A DNA stretch of 64,000 bases from Alphaproteobacteria bacterium (GTDB lineage Bacteria; Pseudomonadota; Alphaproteobacteria; Bin95): contig CAXXWS020000004.1 in NCBI GenBank assembly GCA_963665325.3, positions 96,001-160,000 on the forward strand. The letters run 5' to 3'. Below are positions 51,819-62,919 of this stretch, one piece after another. The first letter of the stretch is position 1, and every line of letters begins with the position of its first letter. The notes beneath the pieces are model-generated. The model was given only the letters and a program-made list of their open reading frames with translations. It did no database searches and was not told the DNA's origin. The translations under genes were made by a program, and so were the position numbers.

Positions 51819-52649
51819 TCACTTCACGGCGCCGAAGGTCAGGCCGCGCACGAGTTGTTTCTGGCTGAACCACCCAAGGATCAGGATCGGCGCGATGGCC
51901 ATGGTCGAGGCTGCGCTCAGCTTGGCGTAGAACAGGCCCTCGGGGCTCGAATAGCTGGCGATGAAGGCGGTCAGCGGGCCGGCCTTCGCCGCGGTCAGGT
52001 TCAGCGTCCAGAACGCCTCGTTCCACGCCAGGATGAAATTCAGAAGGACGGTCGAGGCGATTCCCGGGACGGCCATGGGCGTCAGTACGTGGATGATTTC
52101 GTTCCTCAGCGACGCGCCGTCCATCCGGGCCGCTTCCAGGATCTCGCCGGGAATTTCCCTGAAATAGGTGTAGAGCATCCAGACGATGATCGGCAGATTG
52201 ATCAGCATCATCACGATGACGAGACCGGTGCGCGTGTCGAGGAGTCCCAGCTCGATGAAGACCAGGTAGATCGGGTAGAGAACGCCGACCGCCGGCAGCA
52301 TCTTGGTCGAGAGCATCCAGAGCAGCACGTCCTTGGTCCGCTTCGACGGTACGAATGCCATCGACCATGCGGCGGGAACCGCGACGACGATGCCGACAAG
52401 CGTCGAGCAGCCGGCGATGATCACCGAGTTCCACAGGTAGCGCATATAGTCCGAACGCTCCTGCACGACGGAGTAATTCTCCAAAGTCCAGTTGAAGAAG
52501 AAAAAGACCGGCGGGTCGGCGATCGCCTCCGCCTCGGTCTTGAAACTCGTCAGCACGGTCCAGAGGACCGGGAAGAAGATCAGCAGGCCGATCGCCCATG
52601 CGACGGCGGTGTTGAAGGTCTTTCGCTGGTTCGTGACGGCGCGGGCCAT
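51819..52649 (-). CDS. smoG: Polyol ABC permease
   Basis: [31 protein letters not shown]. Confidence 0.9.
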   Translation of the reverse strand: MARAVTNQRKTFNTAVAWAIGLLIFFPVLWTVLTSFKTEAEAIADPPVFFFFNWTLENYSVVQERSDYMRYLWNSVIIAGCSTLVGIVVAVPAAWSMAFVPSKRTKDVLLWMLSTKMLPAVGVLYPIYLVFIELGLLDTRTGLVIVMMLINLPIIVWMLYTYFREIPGEILEAARMDGASLRNEIIHVLTPMAVPGIASTVLLNFILAWNEAFWTLNLTAAKAGPLTAFIASYSSPEGLFYAKLSAASTMAIAPILILGWFSQKQLVRGLTFGAVK

Positions 52650-52661
52650 GGCTCTACTTCC

Positions 52662-53528
52662 TCACGCGTCCAGGTTCTTGCCGACGATGCGCATCAGGAA
52701 CAGCGCCACGATATTAGCGAGGATGATCGCGTAAACGCCGCCTGCGGACCCGAGACCCACATTCTGGCTCTCCAGCACGCGCTGGAAGATCAGGTAGGTC
52801 AGCGTCCGGGTGCCGAACGAGCCCTGCGTGGTGACGAAGATCTCGGCAAAGATCGAAAGCAGGAAAATCGTCTGGATCAGAATGACGATGGTGATCGCCT
52901 GCCCGAGATGCGGAAGGACGATGTGGCCGAACCGCGCGAGAGGAGAGGCGCCGTCCATCTCCGCCGCCTCCAGCTGCTCGCTGTCGAGCGATTGCATCGC
53001 CGTCAGCAATATCAGCGTTGCAAAGGGCAGCCATTGCCACGAGACGATCAGCACAATGGAGAAGATCGGGGCCTGGCTGAGCCACTCCACCGGCGCCAGC
53101 CCGAAGAACTTCCAGAGATGCGCGAAGAGCCCGTTCACCGGGTCCATGAGCATGTTCTTCCAGACCAGTGCGGACACCGTCGGCATCACGAAGAACGGCG
53201 CAATCACCAGGATCCGGACGATACCCTGCCCCCACATCGGCTGGTCCAGCAGGAGCGCCAGAAGCACCCCCAGGACCACAGTTATCAGGAGCACGCCGCC
53301 GACGATGACGAGCGTGGTCTGGACGCTCGGCCAGAACGAGCTCGAGGTGACGAAGCGGACGTAATTGTCGAGCCCGACCCATCCCAGGTCGCCGCCTCGC
53401 AGCGGCAGGTAGCGCTTGAGGGAGAAGTAGAGCGTCATGGTCAGCGGCACGAGCATCCAGACGAGGAGCAGGAACACCGCAGGCGCCATCATCAGGCGGG
53501 CGGCGGACCTGGAATGCTCGGTGGCCAT
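52662..53528 (-). CDS. smoF: Polyol ABC permease
   Basis: IAPFFVMPTVSALVWKN, WQWLPFA, EAAEMDGA. Confidence 0.9.
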   Translation of the reverse strand: MATEHSRSAARLMMAPAVFLLLVWMLVPLTMTLYFSLKRYLPLRGGDLGWVGLDNYVRFVTSSSFWPSVQTTLVIVGGVLLITVVLGVLLALLLDQPMWGQGIVRILVIAPFFVMPTVSALVWKNMLMDPVNGLFAHLWKFFGLAPVEWLSQAPIFSIVLIVSWQWLPFATLILLTAMQSLDSEQLEAAEMDGASPLARFGHIVLPHLGQAITIVILIQTIFLLSIFAEIFVTTQGSFGTRTLTYLIFQRVLESQNVGLGSAGGVYAIILANIVALFLMRIVGKNLDA

Positions 53529-53694
53529 GACGCATCTCCTTTCGTGCCGGAGACGATTGCCGCTGCGGACGGAGGACGGCGAATGCCGCCCTCCGCTGCA
53601 GTTGGGGCTTTGGCTAGAACGACCTGTTCATTCGGTTCGTCAGCCCTTCGGTTCGAGGAGAGGTTGAGACCTTTCGGTTATCCGGCCTGACTCC

Positions 53695-55014
53695 CTAGTA
53701 GCCGGCGGCTTCCATTTCGTCTGCCGTGAGCGCCTGGGCCTTCTCAAGCGCCTCCGCAACGGTCTGCTGACCGGCGAGCGCGGCCGAGAACTCTTGCCCC
53801 ACCAGCGTCGCGATGCCCGCAAATTCCGGGATCGCGACGAACTGCACGCCGGTATAGGGCACGGGATCGACGGTCGGCTGCGTCGGGTCCGCGGCGTTGA
53901 TCGAGTTCAGCGTCATCCGGGCGAAGGGCGCCGCCTCGAGATAGGCCGCGTTCTGGTAAAGCGATGTCCGCGTGCCTGGCGGGACATTGGCCCAGCCTTC
54001 CTTCGACGCCACCAGCTCGGTGTAGCCCTTGCCGGTCGCCCAGGTGATGAACTTCTTCGCCGCATCCGTGGCATCGGAACCCGCCGGGATCGCCAGCGAC
54101 CAAGCCCAGAGCCAGTTTCCGCGCTTGCCAAGCCCATTGTCCGGAGCGAGAGCGAACCCGACGCTGTCGGCCACAGTCGAATCCTTCGGATTGGTCACGA
54201 ACGAGGCCGCCACGGTCGCGTCGATCCACATGCCGCACTTGCCCTGCTGGAACAGCGACAGGTTTTCGTTGAACCCGTTGGTCGAGGCGCCCGGAGGACC
54301 GTACTCGGTCATAAGGTCCATGTAGAAGTTGAGCGTGTCGGACCATGCCTTGCTGTCGAACTGGGGCTTCCAGTCCTCGTCGAACCAGCGCGCGCCGAAG
54401 GAGTTCGAGGTGGCGGTCAGGAACGCCATGTTCTCGCCCCAGCCGGCCTTGCCGCGCAGGCACACCCCGTAGATTTCCCCATCCTTGTCGGTCATTGCCG
54501 CGGCGGCTTCCTTGATGAAGGCCCAGGTCGGCGCTTCCGGCATCTCAAGGCCGGCCTTTTCCATCAGGTCGGTCCGGTACATCACCATGGAGCTCTCACC
54601 GTAGAACGGCGCGGCGTAGAGCTCGCCGTCAACGGTCAGACCGGAGCGGATTGCAGGCAGGAGGTCGTCCGCATCCCACTCGGAGGGCAGATCGTTCAGC
54701 GACACGAGCCAGCCGTTCTTCCCCCAGATCGGAACCTCGTAGGTGCCGATGGTCAGAACGTCGAACTGGCCGCCCTTTGCGGCGATATCCTGGGTCACGC
54801 GCTGGCGCAGAACGTTTTCTTCCAGCGTCACCCATTCGAGAGCGATGTCGGGATGCCGGGACGTGAAGTCTTCCGTCAGCCCCTGCATCCGGATCATGTC
54901 TCCGTTGTTCACGGTCGCAATGGTGACGGTCGTAGTGTGCGAGTCGGCGTAAGCGCCCGTCGCCGCGAAGAGCGCAAGCGCGCCGGCCGCACAGATTGTG
55001 GTCTTCAACCGCAT
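53695..55014 (-). CDS. smoE: Sorbitol/mannitol ABC substrate-binding protein
   Basis: TIATVNNGDMIRMQ, LEENVLRQRVT.DIA..GGQFD, CLRGKAGWGEN, PVPYTGVQF. Confidence 0.93.
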   Translation of the reverse strand: MRLKTTICAAGALALFAATGAYADSHTTTVTIATVNNGDMIRMQGLTEDFTSRHPDIALEWVTLEENVLRQRVTQDIAAKGGQFDVLTIGTYEVPIWGKNGWLVSLNDLPSEWDADDLLPAIRSGLTVDGELYAAPFYGESSMVMYRTDLMEKAGLEMPEAPTWAFIKEAAAAMTDKDGEIYGVCLRGKAGWGENMAFLTATSNSFGARWFDEDWKPQFDSKAWSDTLNFYMDLMTEYGPPGASTNGFNENLSLFQQGKCGMWIDATVAASFVTNPKDSTVADSVGFALAPDNGLGKRGNWLWAWSLAIPAGSDATDAAKKFITWATGKGYTELVASKEGWANVPPGTRTSLYQNAAYLEAAPFARMTLNSINAADPTQPTVDPVPYTGVQFVAIPEFAGIATLVGQEFSAALAGQQTVAEALEKAQALTADEMEAAGY

Positions 55015-55150
55015 CCGGTTTCACTCCCGTGTATTTCCAAAGTTTCCCAACTAGATTGACTTAATTGGCCGCCCGTTCGCGAGTCAAGCAATAAATGGCA
55101 TTGGCACCGGCAATTTCGGGAGATCGGTCCCGCCGGGCCGGCCACGGCGT

Positions 55151-56407
55151 TCAGGTCATATCCCTGGCCGCAGGCACTGCCCCCGACCTGCCCGGGTCGT
55201 TTGCGGGCTGCCGATTGACCGATTGGGAAATCCTTGCCGTTTTCACCAGCAGGTCCGTGTCCGGTGAGAACCGTCCGATGAGGGGCAGCAGCGCTGCGCC
55301 TAGGACACGCGCCGGCGGCCCGATGGAGCCCGTCGCAATCTCGATGGGCGAGAGGCCCGCGCAATCGAACCGGCCGTAGGCGCCGGCTACGCCCTCGACC
55401 ACGCGGCGGCGCCAGTCGGGGCGGAGGAGACCGTCGATCACCACCTCCTCGAAATCCACCACGCTCATCGCCGTCACCACGGCACGGGAGAGAGCGGCGA
55501 CGGCACGTTGCAACCAGGCGTCGAAGATGGCGTCGGCCTCCGGCGCGCCCTCAGGACTCAGCATCTCCGACACGTCGAAACCGCCCGCAGCCAGCGCCCG
55601 TTCCAGGTCGATCACCGAGGCCTGATGGATAAGCTGGTGTGGGCGCCCGCCGCTGCCCGCCTCGTCCATCGGCATCGAGCCGAGAGCGCCCGCATTGAGT
55701 TGCTTGCCCCGATAGAGGCGGCCGTCGATGACCACCCCGCCGCCTACAAATGTGCCGAGATAGATATAGAGAGCGCTGGTCCGGTCGATCCGGTCGCCGG
55801 CGATCATCTCCGCGGCGCAGGCCGCGGTAGCGTCGTTGTAGAGCGACACCGGAAGGCCGGTTGCGGCCTCGAGGTCGGCGGCGACATCGATCTCGCGCCA
55901 TGCCGCGATCGCCTCGCGCTCCAGGCCGAGCACGTCCGACCATTCGTACATGACCCAGGGCATGGCGACGCCGAGTCCGACGATTCGGTCGCGCAGGCAG
56001 GGTTTCAGGGAGCCGGCAAGCTCCAGGGCCGATTCCTTGGCGAGCACCATCGTCTCCGACGGAAGCGGGGCGGGATAGGGTGTGGACCGGGACACGACGA
56101 CGGCGCCGCTGAAATCGACGAGGAGGACCTCAAGACTGCGACGTCCGATCTTGACGCCCAGGGAAAACGCGCCTTCGGGATTGAGCGCGACCGGCGTAAA
56201 GGGTTTGCCGATCCGCCCGCGCACCTTCTCGCGTTTGACGAGAAGCCCGTCGTCCAGCAGGGAGTTGACGATCACGGTGGCGGCCTGGCCGCTGAGGCCG
56301 GTGGTCCGCGCAATTTCCGCCTTCGACAACGCGCCCGCCTGCCTTATGGCAGCGATCATCAAGCGCTCGTTGTAGGCCCTGAGCCCGGTCGATTCTCCGC
56401 CTCGCAT
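55151..56407 (-). CDS. ROK-family transcriptional regulator (SmoC-like)
   Basis: wHTH SKAEIAR.TGLS, NDATAACAAE, GTFVGGG. Confidence 0.92.
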   Translation of the reverse strand: MRGGESTGLRAYNERLMIAAIRQAGALSKAEIARTTGLSGQAATVIVNSLLDDGLLVKREKVRGRIGKPFTPVALNPEGAFSLGVKIGRRSLEVLLVDFSGAVVVSRSTPYPAPLPSETMVLAKESALELAGSLKPCLRDRIVGLGVAMPWVMYEWSDVLGLEREAIAAWREIDVAADLEAATGLPVSLYNDATAACAAEMIAGDRIDRTSALYIYLGTFVGGGVVIDGRLYRGKQLNAGALGSMPMDEAGSGGRPHQLIHQASVIDLERALAAGGFDVSEMLSPEGAPEADAIFDAWLQRAVAALSRAVVTAMSVVDFEEVVIDGLLRPDWRRRVVEGVAGAYGRFDCAGLSPIEIATGSIGPPARVLGAALLPLIGRFSPDTDLLVKTARISQSVNRQPANDPGRSGAVPAARDMT

Positions 56408-56538
56408 CCCGTATTCGTTCCCTCGCGAGTATGCGGTCGTGTCGATGCAGCTGCGAATTCAAGCATAGTCCGGAACGTTCACATAGCGACATGAGCGCCG
56501 GATTTCGCGCCTTCGCAAGGCGGGGAAAGTATCCGCGG

Positions 56539-57471
56539 CTAGACTCCGGGCAAGTCGGGCCGGCGAGGCATATCGGCGCCGCGCCGCGTGCAGGTCATGG
56601 CCGCTGCCGCCATGGCGAAGGCGACGACCCGGCGGCATTCGTCCAGCGAAACCTGCGACAGTCCCGATTTCGTCGCCTTGCCGAGCTCGTCCAGACCGCA
56701 GAGCAGCGCCGCCTGAAAGCTGTCGCCCGCCCCCACCGTATCCACAACCTCGACCGCGCGGCCCGAGGCTTCGAAAACCTCGCCGCGCAGGGATACCACG
56801 GCCCCGTCGTCGCCGCGCGTGACCACGACAAGCTGCACGCCCCGGGCGCTCCAATGCGCGACCGCGCTGTCGATGCCGCTGCCGGGAAACAGCACTTCCA
56901 GGTCCTCGTCGCTCACCTTGATGAGGTCCGCGACCTCCGAGAAAGCCTCGACCTGGCGGCGCCAACGGCCCACATCCGGTTCGACGTTCAGGCGCAGGTT
57001 GGGGTCTAGGGAGATGAGCTTCCCGTCGCGATGGCGCCGGGCGAGCCGAAGCAGGGAGGAGCCGGTCGGCTCGACGACCAGCGAATAGGAGCCGAAATGC
57101 ATGGCCGTCACCGAAGGCGGTAGATCGGGCAGGTCCGTTTCGCTGACCGAGCGGTCGGCCGCCTCGCGGCCGTAGAAGCTGTATCGGGGAACGCCGCTCG
57201 GCTCCAGACCCACAAGCGCCAGCGTCGTCGGGTTCCGCTTGCTGACCAGATAGGCGGTTTCCACTCCCTCTTCCTGCAGCGTGCGTTCCAGTCGGCGACC
57301 CAGGGGATCGGTGGACAGTCCGGTGAACAGCGCGGCTTCGCGCCCGAGGCGCGAGAGTCCGACAGCAACATTGAAGGGCGAGCCGCCGATGCGCGCATCG
57401 AAGATGAAACCGGTATTCGTCTCGGCCGAAGGGAAAAGATCGAAGAGCGCTTCGCCGCAGCTGAGGAACAT
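56539..57471 (-). CDS. PfkB-family carbohydrate kinase (fructokinase-like)
   Basis: GGSPFNVAVGL.RLG, DPNLR, KVSDED, VDTVGAGDSF. Confidence 0.93.
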   Translation of the reverse strand: MFLSCGEALFDLFPSAETNTGFIFDARIGGSPFNVAVGLSRLGREAALFTGLSTDPLGRRLERTLQEEGVETAYLVSKRNPTTLALVGLEPSGVPRYSFYGREAADRSVSETDLPDLPPSVTAMHFGSYSLVVEPTGSSLLRLARRHRDGKLISLDPNLRLNVEPDVGRWRRQVEAFSEVADLIKVSDEDLEVLFPGSGIDSAVAHWSARGVQLVVVTRGDDGAVVSLRGEVFEASGRAVEVVDTVGAGDSFQAALLCGLDELGKATKSGLSQVSLDECRRVVAFAMAAAAMTCTRRGADMPRRPDLPGV

Positions 57472-57717
57472 GCCAATCCACCGTATTTCATTACCGACGG
57501 AGCCTCAGCATACAGAACCGGCGAGTATGACGGCTGAAGCACCGGCCGGGCCTGCCTTGCCTGGCGTCTCGTTATGGAGCCCCAATATAGCCCGCCGCCC
57601 CAGTGGCCTGTGTGTAGCATAGCCCGCTTCAACCCGGTTGCGGTTCGCGAGTTCCGGATTGCCCGGAGACAGCCCCGGCCCATGCCCGCCGACGTTGGAC
57701 ATAAGGAGACAGACCTC

Positions 57718-57906
57718 ATGCAGCAAAAGATCCGGATTGAGCGTGTGAAACTGTTCTAGATGCTCCCGGCCGCGGAAGCGGCGGCGGACAGGATCGGCGA
57801 GGCCCGCGCCTGTCCGCTGGTGGACACGGACCGGGAGCCGGTCGGCTGGATCGTCGAGCACCGGAGCGGCGCGGCGCGCTTGTCCGTGGCCGGCGAGTGG
57901 ATCTGA
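57718..57906 (+). pseudogene. Possible small gene with an in-frame TAG (57757-57759)
   Basis: AAGGAG RBS and ATG; frame continues past the TAG to TGA 57906; no family recognised. Confidence 0.3.
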
Positions 57907-58615
57907 CCGATCGCTGACGACGGCCGCCCTTGTCTACCGGCAAGGGCGGGACGGGGAAGACGGCGCTTTCCGTCCCGCTTGCCGCCGAAGATGAGAAGCA
58001 GACCTCGCCGCGGATGGACGAGCTGGGCCGGCAGGACCCGGACGCGCCGATCCGGAACTTTGCGGCTTCCGCGCGTCCGGGTCTGGGGGTCCTCCGGTGG
58101 TAGGCCGAAGGCCAGAAGGTGGAGCCGGCGTCCGCCATCGCGCCTTCAGTGCCGCGCCGGGCGGCTGGCCAGCTCCTCGGCCCGGTCCAGCATCCGGATC
58201 ACGTCCCGCAGGCTGAGGCGCGCACGCTCGCTGTCCGACGCCCGATCGATGTTCTCGATCACCGCGTCCATGGCCGGCGCGTCCAGGCCCTATAGCGCGA
58301 CAATCTGGATGAGAAGTCTCAAGGTAATTGCCGCGCCGCGAAGCCCTTGAGCTGTGGCCGTTGACACGCTGCCGAAAACCTCGATATGGCCGCATGACTC
58401 AAACCAAACTGGCTTGCCGGATGCTCACACAGAGTCCGATGACGTACCGTCTTCTCCACCACCGACACAGGACTCTGTGTCCCGGACTCCGGACTGGAGT
58501 TGCCCCGGCTTCTTGGATGGTCATGGATTCGGTCGAGCGGGGGGGTAGTTTGCTCCGTTCGCAGTAAGACCGAGGCTTGGCCCTTGCAGATTGTCTGCGA
58601 AGCCTGCGCCCGCAA

Positions 58616-61600
58616 TCACCAGCGCAGGGTCGCCCGTATCGCGGCCTGGTCGTCGACGTCGTTGTCGTTGGCGCTCACCCTGCGTTCTAACTCCGCGCCA
58701 AGTTGGAATGCGATGCGACCGCCTTCGACAAATCCGAACCCGTAACCAAGCCGATAATCGCGGTCGTACTCGGATTGCCCGTACTCGATCCCGAATTCGG
58801 CCCGGTTGATACTCAGGCGGTAGCCGAACCGGTAATCTCCCGCCTCTTCCGCGAGCCCGACACGGGCCCACGGCGTGCCGGTAGCCCGGCCGCCAAGAGC
58901 CGGCAGTCCGTACCCGATTTCGGCGTCCAAACGGCCGTCCGGGCTGTCGGCTCCGCCGAAATTGTCGAAGCTCCCGAGGGCCGCACCGGCACCTGGAGCG
59001 GTCTCCCACATGCTCTCGACACCGCGCTGTCCCGCGCCCCAAAACGGCGACACAATCAACGACAACCCGAGGTCCGAATAGGGTTGCGGGTCGTAGCGCA
59101 GCGATCCCGACACGCCATGGTCCCGGAACGTGTTCTCCTCGTGCATGAGCAAGCCGTGCCCGCTGATCTCCGCCGACAACCCCAGCACCGGATCGGTGAG
59201 GGCCAGTCCGCCGCCGAACTCAAGTCCGAAGCCTGTCTCGGCGTCGCCGCCATCGTGGCGCATGCCCACCTCGAAGGTCGGCCGCAACGAGGAGTCGGTT
59301 CCGAGGCTCGTCTCCCAGGACCCTTCCAGGGCGAGGCGCAAGCGCGTCACGTCGGCAGTCGTGGCCTCGAGGCGACCGCCCGAACCCTCCACAGCCTCCG
59401 AGCTGGTCTGCACGCCGAGCGCATCCGTCTTCAGGGCCAGGTCGAAGCTGTCACCCTCCTCTGACGAGAGCAGCGCTCCGCGCGCCCCGGCAGCCGCCAT
59501 CCGCAGCGCGAGCCCGGCTTCGAGCGGCTCATGGCCTTCGGGTGAAACCGTCAGGGTGCCGCTGCCGTAACCCACCGTCCCCCAAAGGGAGAAGCGCTTG
59601 CCGATGCCGTAGGCGGCGTAGGGATAAAGGCCCGTCACATCGGATTCGATGGCGCCGCCAGCATCGCCGTCGCGCCAGCTTCCTTCGCCGCGGCTCTGCG
59701 AAAGGGCCAGACCGGCGATCCAGCCGCCGGCCGCATAGTCCGCGCCGAGCGTCGCCGTCGAGACGTCGCCCTCGATAGCCATGCCCGCGTCCTGTCCCGA
59801 GAAGCTCGTGTAGGCGCCCCGGCCCCAGAATGACGCGAGACCTCCCCCTGACGTCTCCGAGCCGAATTGCAACGATGTCCCCGCCAGCACTTCCCTGCCC
59901 GTCATGCCGCGCGACAGTGTGTTGTCTCCGCCCAACGACGCGTCGTTCCCACGGTAGGCCTCGTCCAGCGAGCCACTCGTCGTGTTGTCGGCGCGGCCGC
60001 TCGCCATGCCCTCCAACAACACACCCAGAGCCTCGCCCATCTCTGCCCCACCCGTGGTGGGGTCAGCGCCGTCGATGCCGGGCGACGTTTCGCTGCCAAT
60101 CACGTGCCCGGCGATCGCGATCCGCGTCCCCTCTTCGCGCGTTGCGGTCAATCTCTCCTCCACGCCTTCGAGCACATGCTCTGCGGCGGTCCTGCCGAAG
60201 CGTGCGAGCCAGGCTCGCGGAATAGGCCCGGTGTTGACGATCGTGCCCGTGGCCTGCGCATCGGAGAGCTGGGCGCCAAAGGGGCGCGACAGCGTGAGCG
60301 TCAGTGTCTCCGAGCCCTCGTCATGGGTGTCGTTCAGAACCGGCACCCTGACCGTCTTCCGCGTCTGGCCGGCCTCGAAGTGCAGCGCACCCGACACCGC
60401 CTCGTAGTCCGCGCCCGCGGCGGCCGTGCCGTCAGACGTCGCATAGCGCACCGAGACGGCAGAGGTTTGCGCCGCGCCCAGCGTCACTCGGAAGGAAAGC
60501 GCCGCCCCCTCCGCCTCCTGGACCCGCGCATCGGCAACCGCGATGCCGGGCGGCGTCGCTACCGTCCCGTCCGGATCCTCGCGTGTGAGCTTGACGGCAA
60601 CCTCCTGCCCGTCCTGCCAGCCGGGATCTTCGACCGTCCAGACGAAAAAGTTCAGCCCCTCGACATCGTCCAACCGCAATTGCAGATCGTCGAGGTGCAG
60701 CGTCAATTGCCCGGGCTCGGGGGGAGCAGAAGCCGTCGCGAACGCCAGCTCCGAACTACCGGGGAAGAAATAGAGATTGCCGGCGCTGTAGCGAACCCCG
60801 TCTTCGGTCCAGCCGTCGGGCGACAGAGAGCCGCCCAGACCATCGTGGCGGCCGATGATGATGCCGCGGAAATCGGTTACCGTCAGCGTCGAGGTCCATA
60901 GCGTCTCGACCGCTGTCTCCGCTGTGGCCTGGTCGTTGTCGAACACCGCGACACTGGCGGAGGCCGCATCGGTGTCCACGATGTAACCGGATCCAGCCAC
61001 GAGTGACGCCGTCACCCGCCCGTCCGCTTCGGCCACCCCGTCGTCTTCAGTCGCCACGCCGAGCGTCGCCGTGCCCGAGCCCGCCACGAACGTCACCGTC
61101 GAGGCCGGCGTGCCCGCCACCGTCTCGCCGGTCTCGCTCACGCTTACCGCGACCGTGAGCGCATCCGTCGTGTCGCCCGTCCGACTCAGCGTGAAGGAGG
61201 CTGAAGTCCCCTCCGTCGCGGTGCTCGTCGCCGCCGCTATCGAGACCTCGGGCGGTGCCGCCGCAACCGTCGCCGTCGCGGCGCTGACCAGCATCTCCTC
61301 CGTGCCGCGGTCGTCGGTATAGGTGAGGCGTACCTTCACCGTCTTGCCCGCTTCCGCAGACGTCAGCGTGTAGGTGGACCCGGTTGCGTCCGCGATGTCC
61401 GTGTCTGACGTGTCGTCGTTCGCGAGCCACTGCCAGGCGAAGACCGCGTTCGTGAGCCCGTCGGCATCCGATACCTCAGAGGCCGAAGCCGTCACCGTCT
61501 CGCCCTCCTGCGCCACACCCGATATCGCCGGAAGACCCACAGGCGCCGTGTTGATCGGCGCAGGCGTGTCGTTGGTCACGGCCTGGGCCGAGAAGCCCGC

Positions 61601-62106
61601 CGCAGGATTGCCTGCCAGGTCGCGGAGCGGGTTCGCATTCGCACCCGTCGGGGCTGCATACCCGACCGTCACCGTCTCCCCGGCGACAACAGCCGAGGCC
61701 AGTGTCAGCGTTACCGCGCTGCCGCCCATGGCAACGCCCGAAACGTCGCGCGCCGCACCATCGACCGATACGGAGAAGGCGTTTGAGGCGGGCGCGGCGC
61801 TCTCGTCCAATGCCTCGCTGAAGGTCAGCGTGAGCGTGGCGCCATCTACGCGCGCATCCGACACGGTGGGCGCAATGTCGTCCATATCCGTAAGCTGCAC
61901 CGTCAGGTCCGCGAGGGTCTCGTTGGCGCCGTCGCTCACCTCAACGGTCACCTCGTAGGTGCCGTCCTGATCCGCGTCGTCCGGCGCCTCGAAATCCTTC
62001 GCCGCCGTGAAGGACAACTCGCCGGCCGCCGTCAGCGCGAACGCACTCGCGTCTACGCCCCCGACCGCCCCTTGCGGGATCGACCACACAAGATCCGCCG
62101 CCGCCG
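58616..62106 (-). pseudogene. 5'-truncated autotransporter-like adhesin (cadherin, SwmB-like, Calx-beta repeats, C-terminal beta-barrel)
   Basis: DFEAP.DADQDGTYEVTV.VSDG, LTLTFSEALD, VRYATSDGTA..GADY, ND..DEG.ETLTL.LS, AWLARFGRT, RLRL.LEGS, RHDGGDAETG.G, terminal Trp. Confidence 0.85.
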
Positions 62107-62256
62107 TGTTGAGCGGGCGCAGGCTTTCAGCGGCGATCAGGGGCTGATCGGCTCGGATTAATCGAGGTTTTGGATTGGGTGCCCCCCGGCGATCTTGCAA
62201 GAAGGCCGCCGGAGGGCTTGTCTCGGTGACAGTGACATCAACCTGAGACGGCCCCA

Positions 62257-62871
62257 ATGTCGCACAAGCTGTTCCGGCACTCCAATCTCTCCAACGCCCG
62301 GGTTTGGGATTTTCTGAAGCAGGTCGACGCGGCCGAGGCGGAGGCGTGCCGGGCGGCGGGTTGCCCGCGCTGCGGCGGCGCGCTTCACAGCGCGAGCTAC
62401 CCGCGCAAGCCGCACGGTCTGGCGGCGAATCTTCGGAACGACGTTCGGCGCTTCAGCCTGTGCTGTTCGGTGTGCCGACGCCGCGTGAAGCCGCCGTCGG
62501 TGCGTTTCTTCGGCAGGCGCTTTTACGTCGGGGCGCTGTTCCTTGTGGTGAGTGCGCTGGCTGTGGCCGGCGGCGCGCGGTTGCAGACGATCGCGCGGCG
62601 GTGCGGGGTTCCGGCCTCGACGCTGAAGCGCTGGCGGCGCTGGTGGCTGGAAGCCTTCCCGCTGACCCGGGAGTGGCAGGCGAGACGGGGCGAGCTGGCG
62701 GCGCCGCCCGAAGAGGCGCCGCTGCGCCGGCTGCTGCGCATCATGCGGGGCCGTGGCTTCCGCTCGCGGCTGCTGCGGAGCCTGGTCTGGCTGATGCCGT
62801 GGACCGGCTTTTGCGCGCTCGGCGCAGGTCCGGCTTCGCCCGCAGAAAGCGTTTCTATGATGCACGGATAG
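62257..62871 (+). CDS. Zinc-ribbon/HTH accessory protein (DUF6431-like)
   Basis: CPRCGG.LH...YPRK, CC..CRRR..P.S..F, VP.STL.RWR.WW. Confidence 0.75.
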   Translation: MSHKLFRHSNLSNARVWDFLKQVDAAEAEACRAAGCPRCGGALHSASYPRKPHGLAANLRNDVRRFSLCCSVCRRRVKPPSVRFFGRRFYVGALFLVVSALAVAGGARLQTIARRCGVPASTLKRWRRWWLEAFPLTREWQARRGELAAPPEEAPLRRLLRIMRGRGFRSRLLRSLVWLMPWTGFCALGAGPASPAESVSMMHG

Positions 62872-62919
62872 GGCACCGCATCATCGGCACCTCCACGAAG
62901 CAGCGAGGGGGATGCCGGA

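Noticed and set aside
58035-58084. Hairpin GACCCGGACGCG...CGCGTCCGGGTC as an ncRNA or MITE
   Set aside because: Single copy in eroded DNA, with no U-tail or other support.
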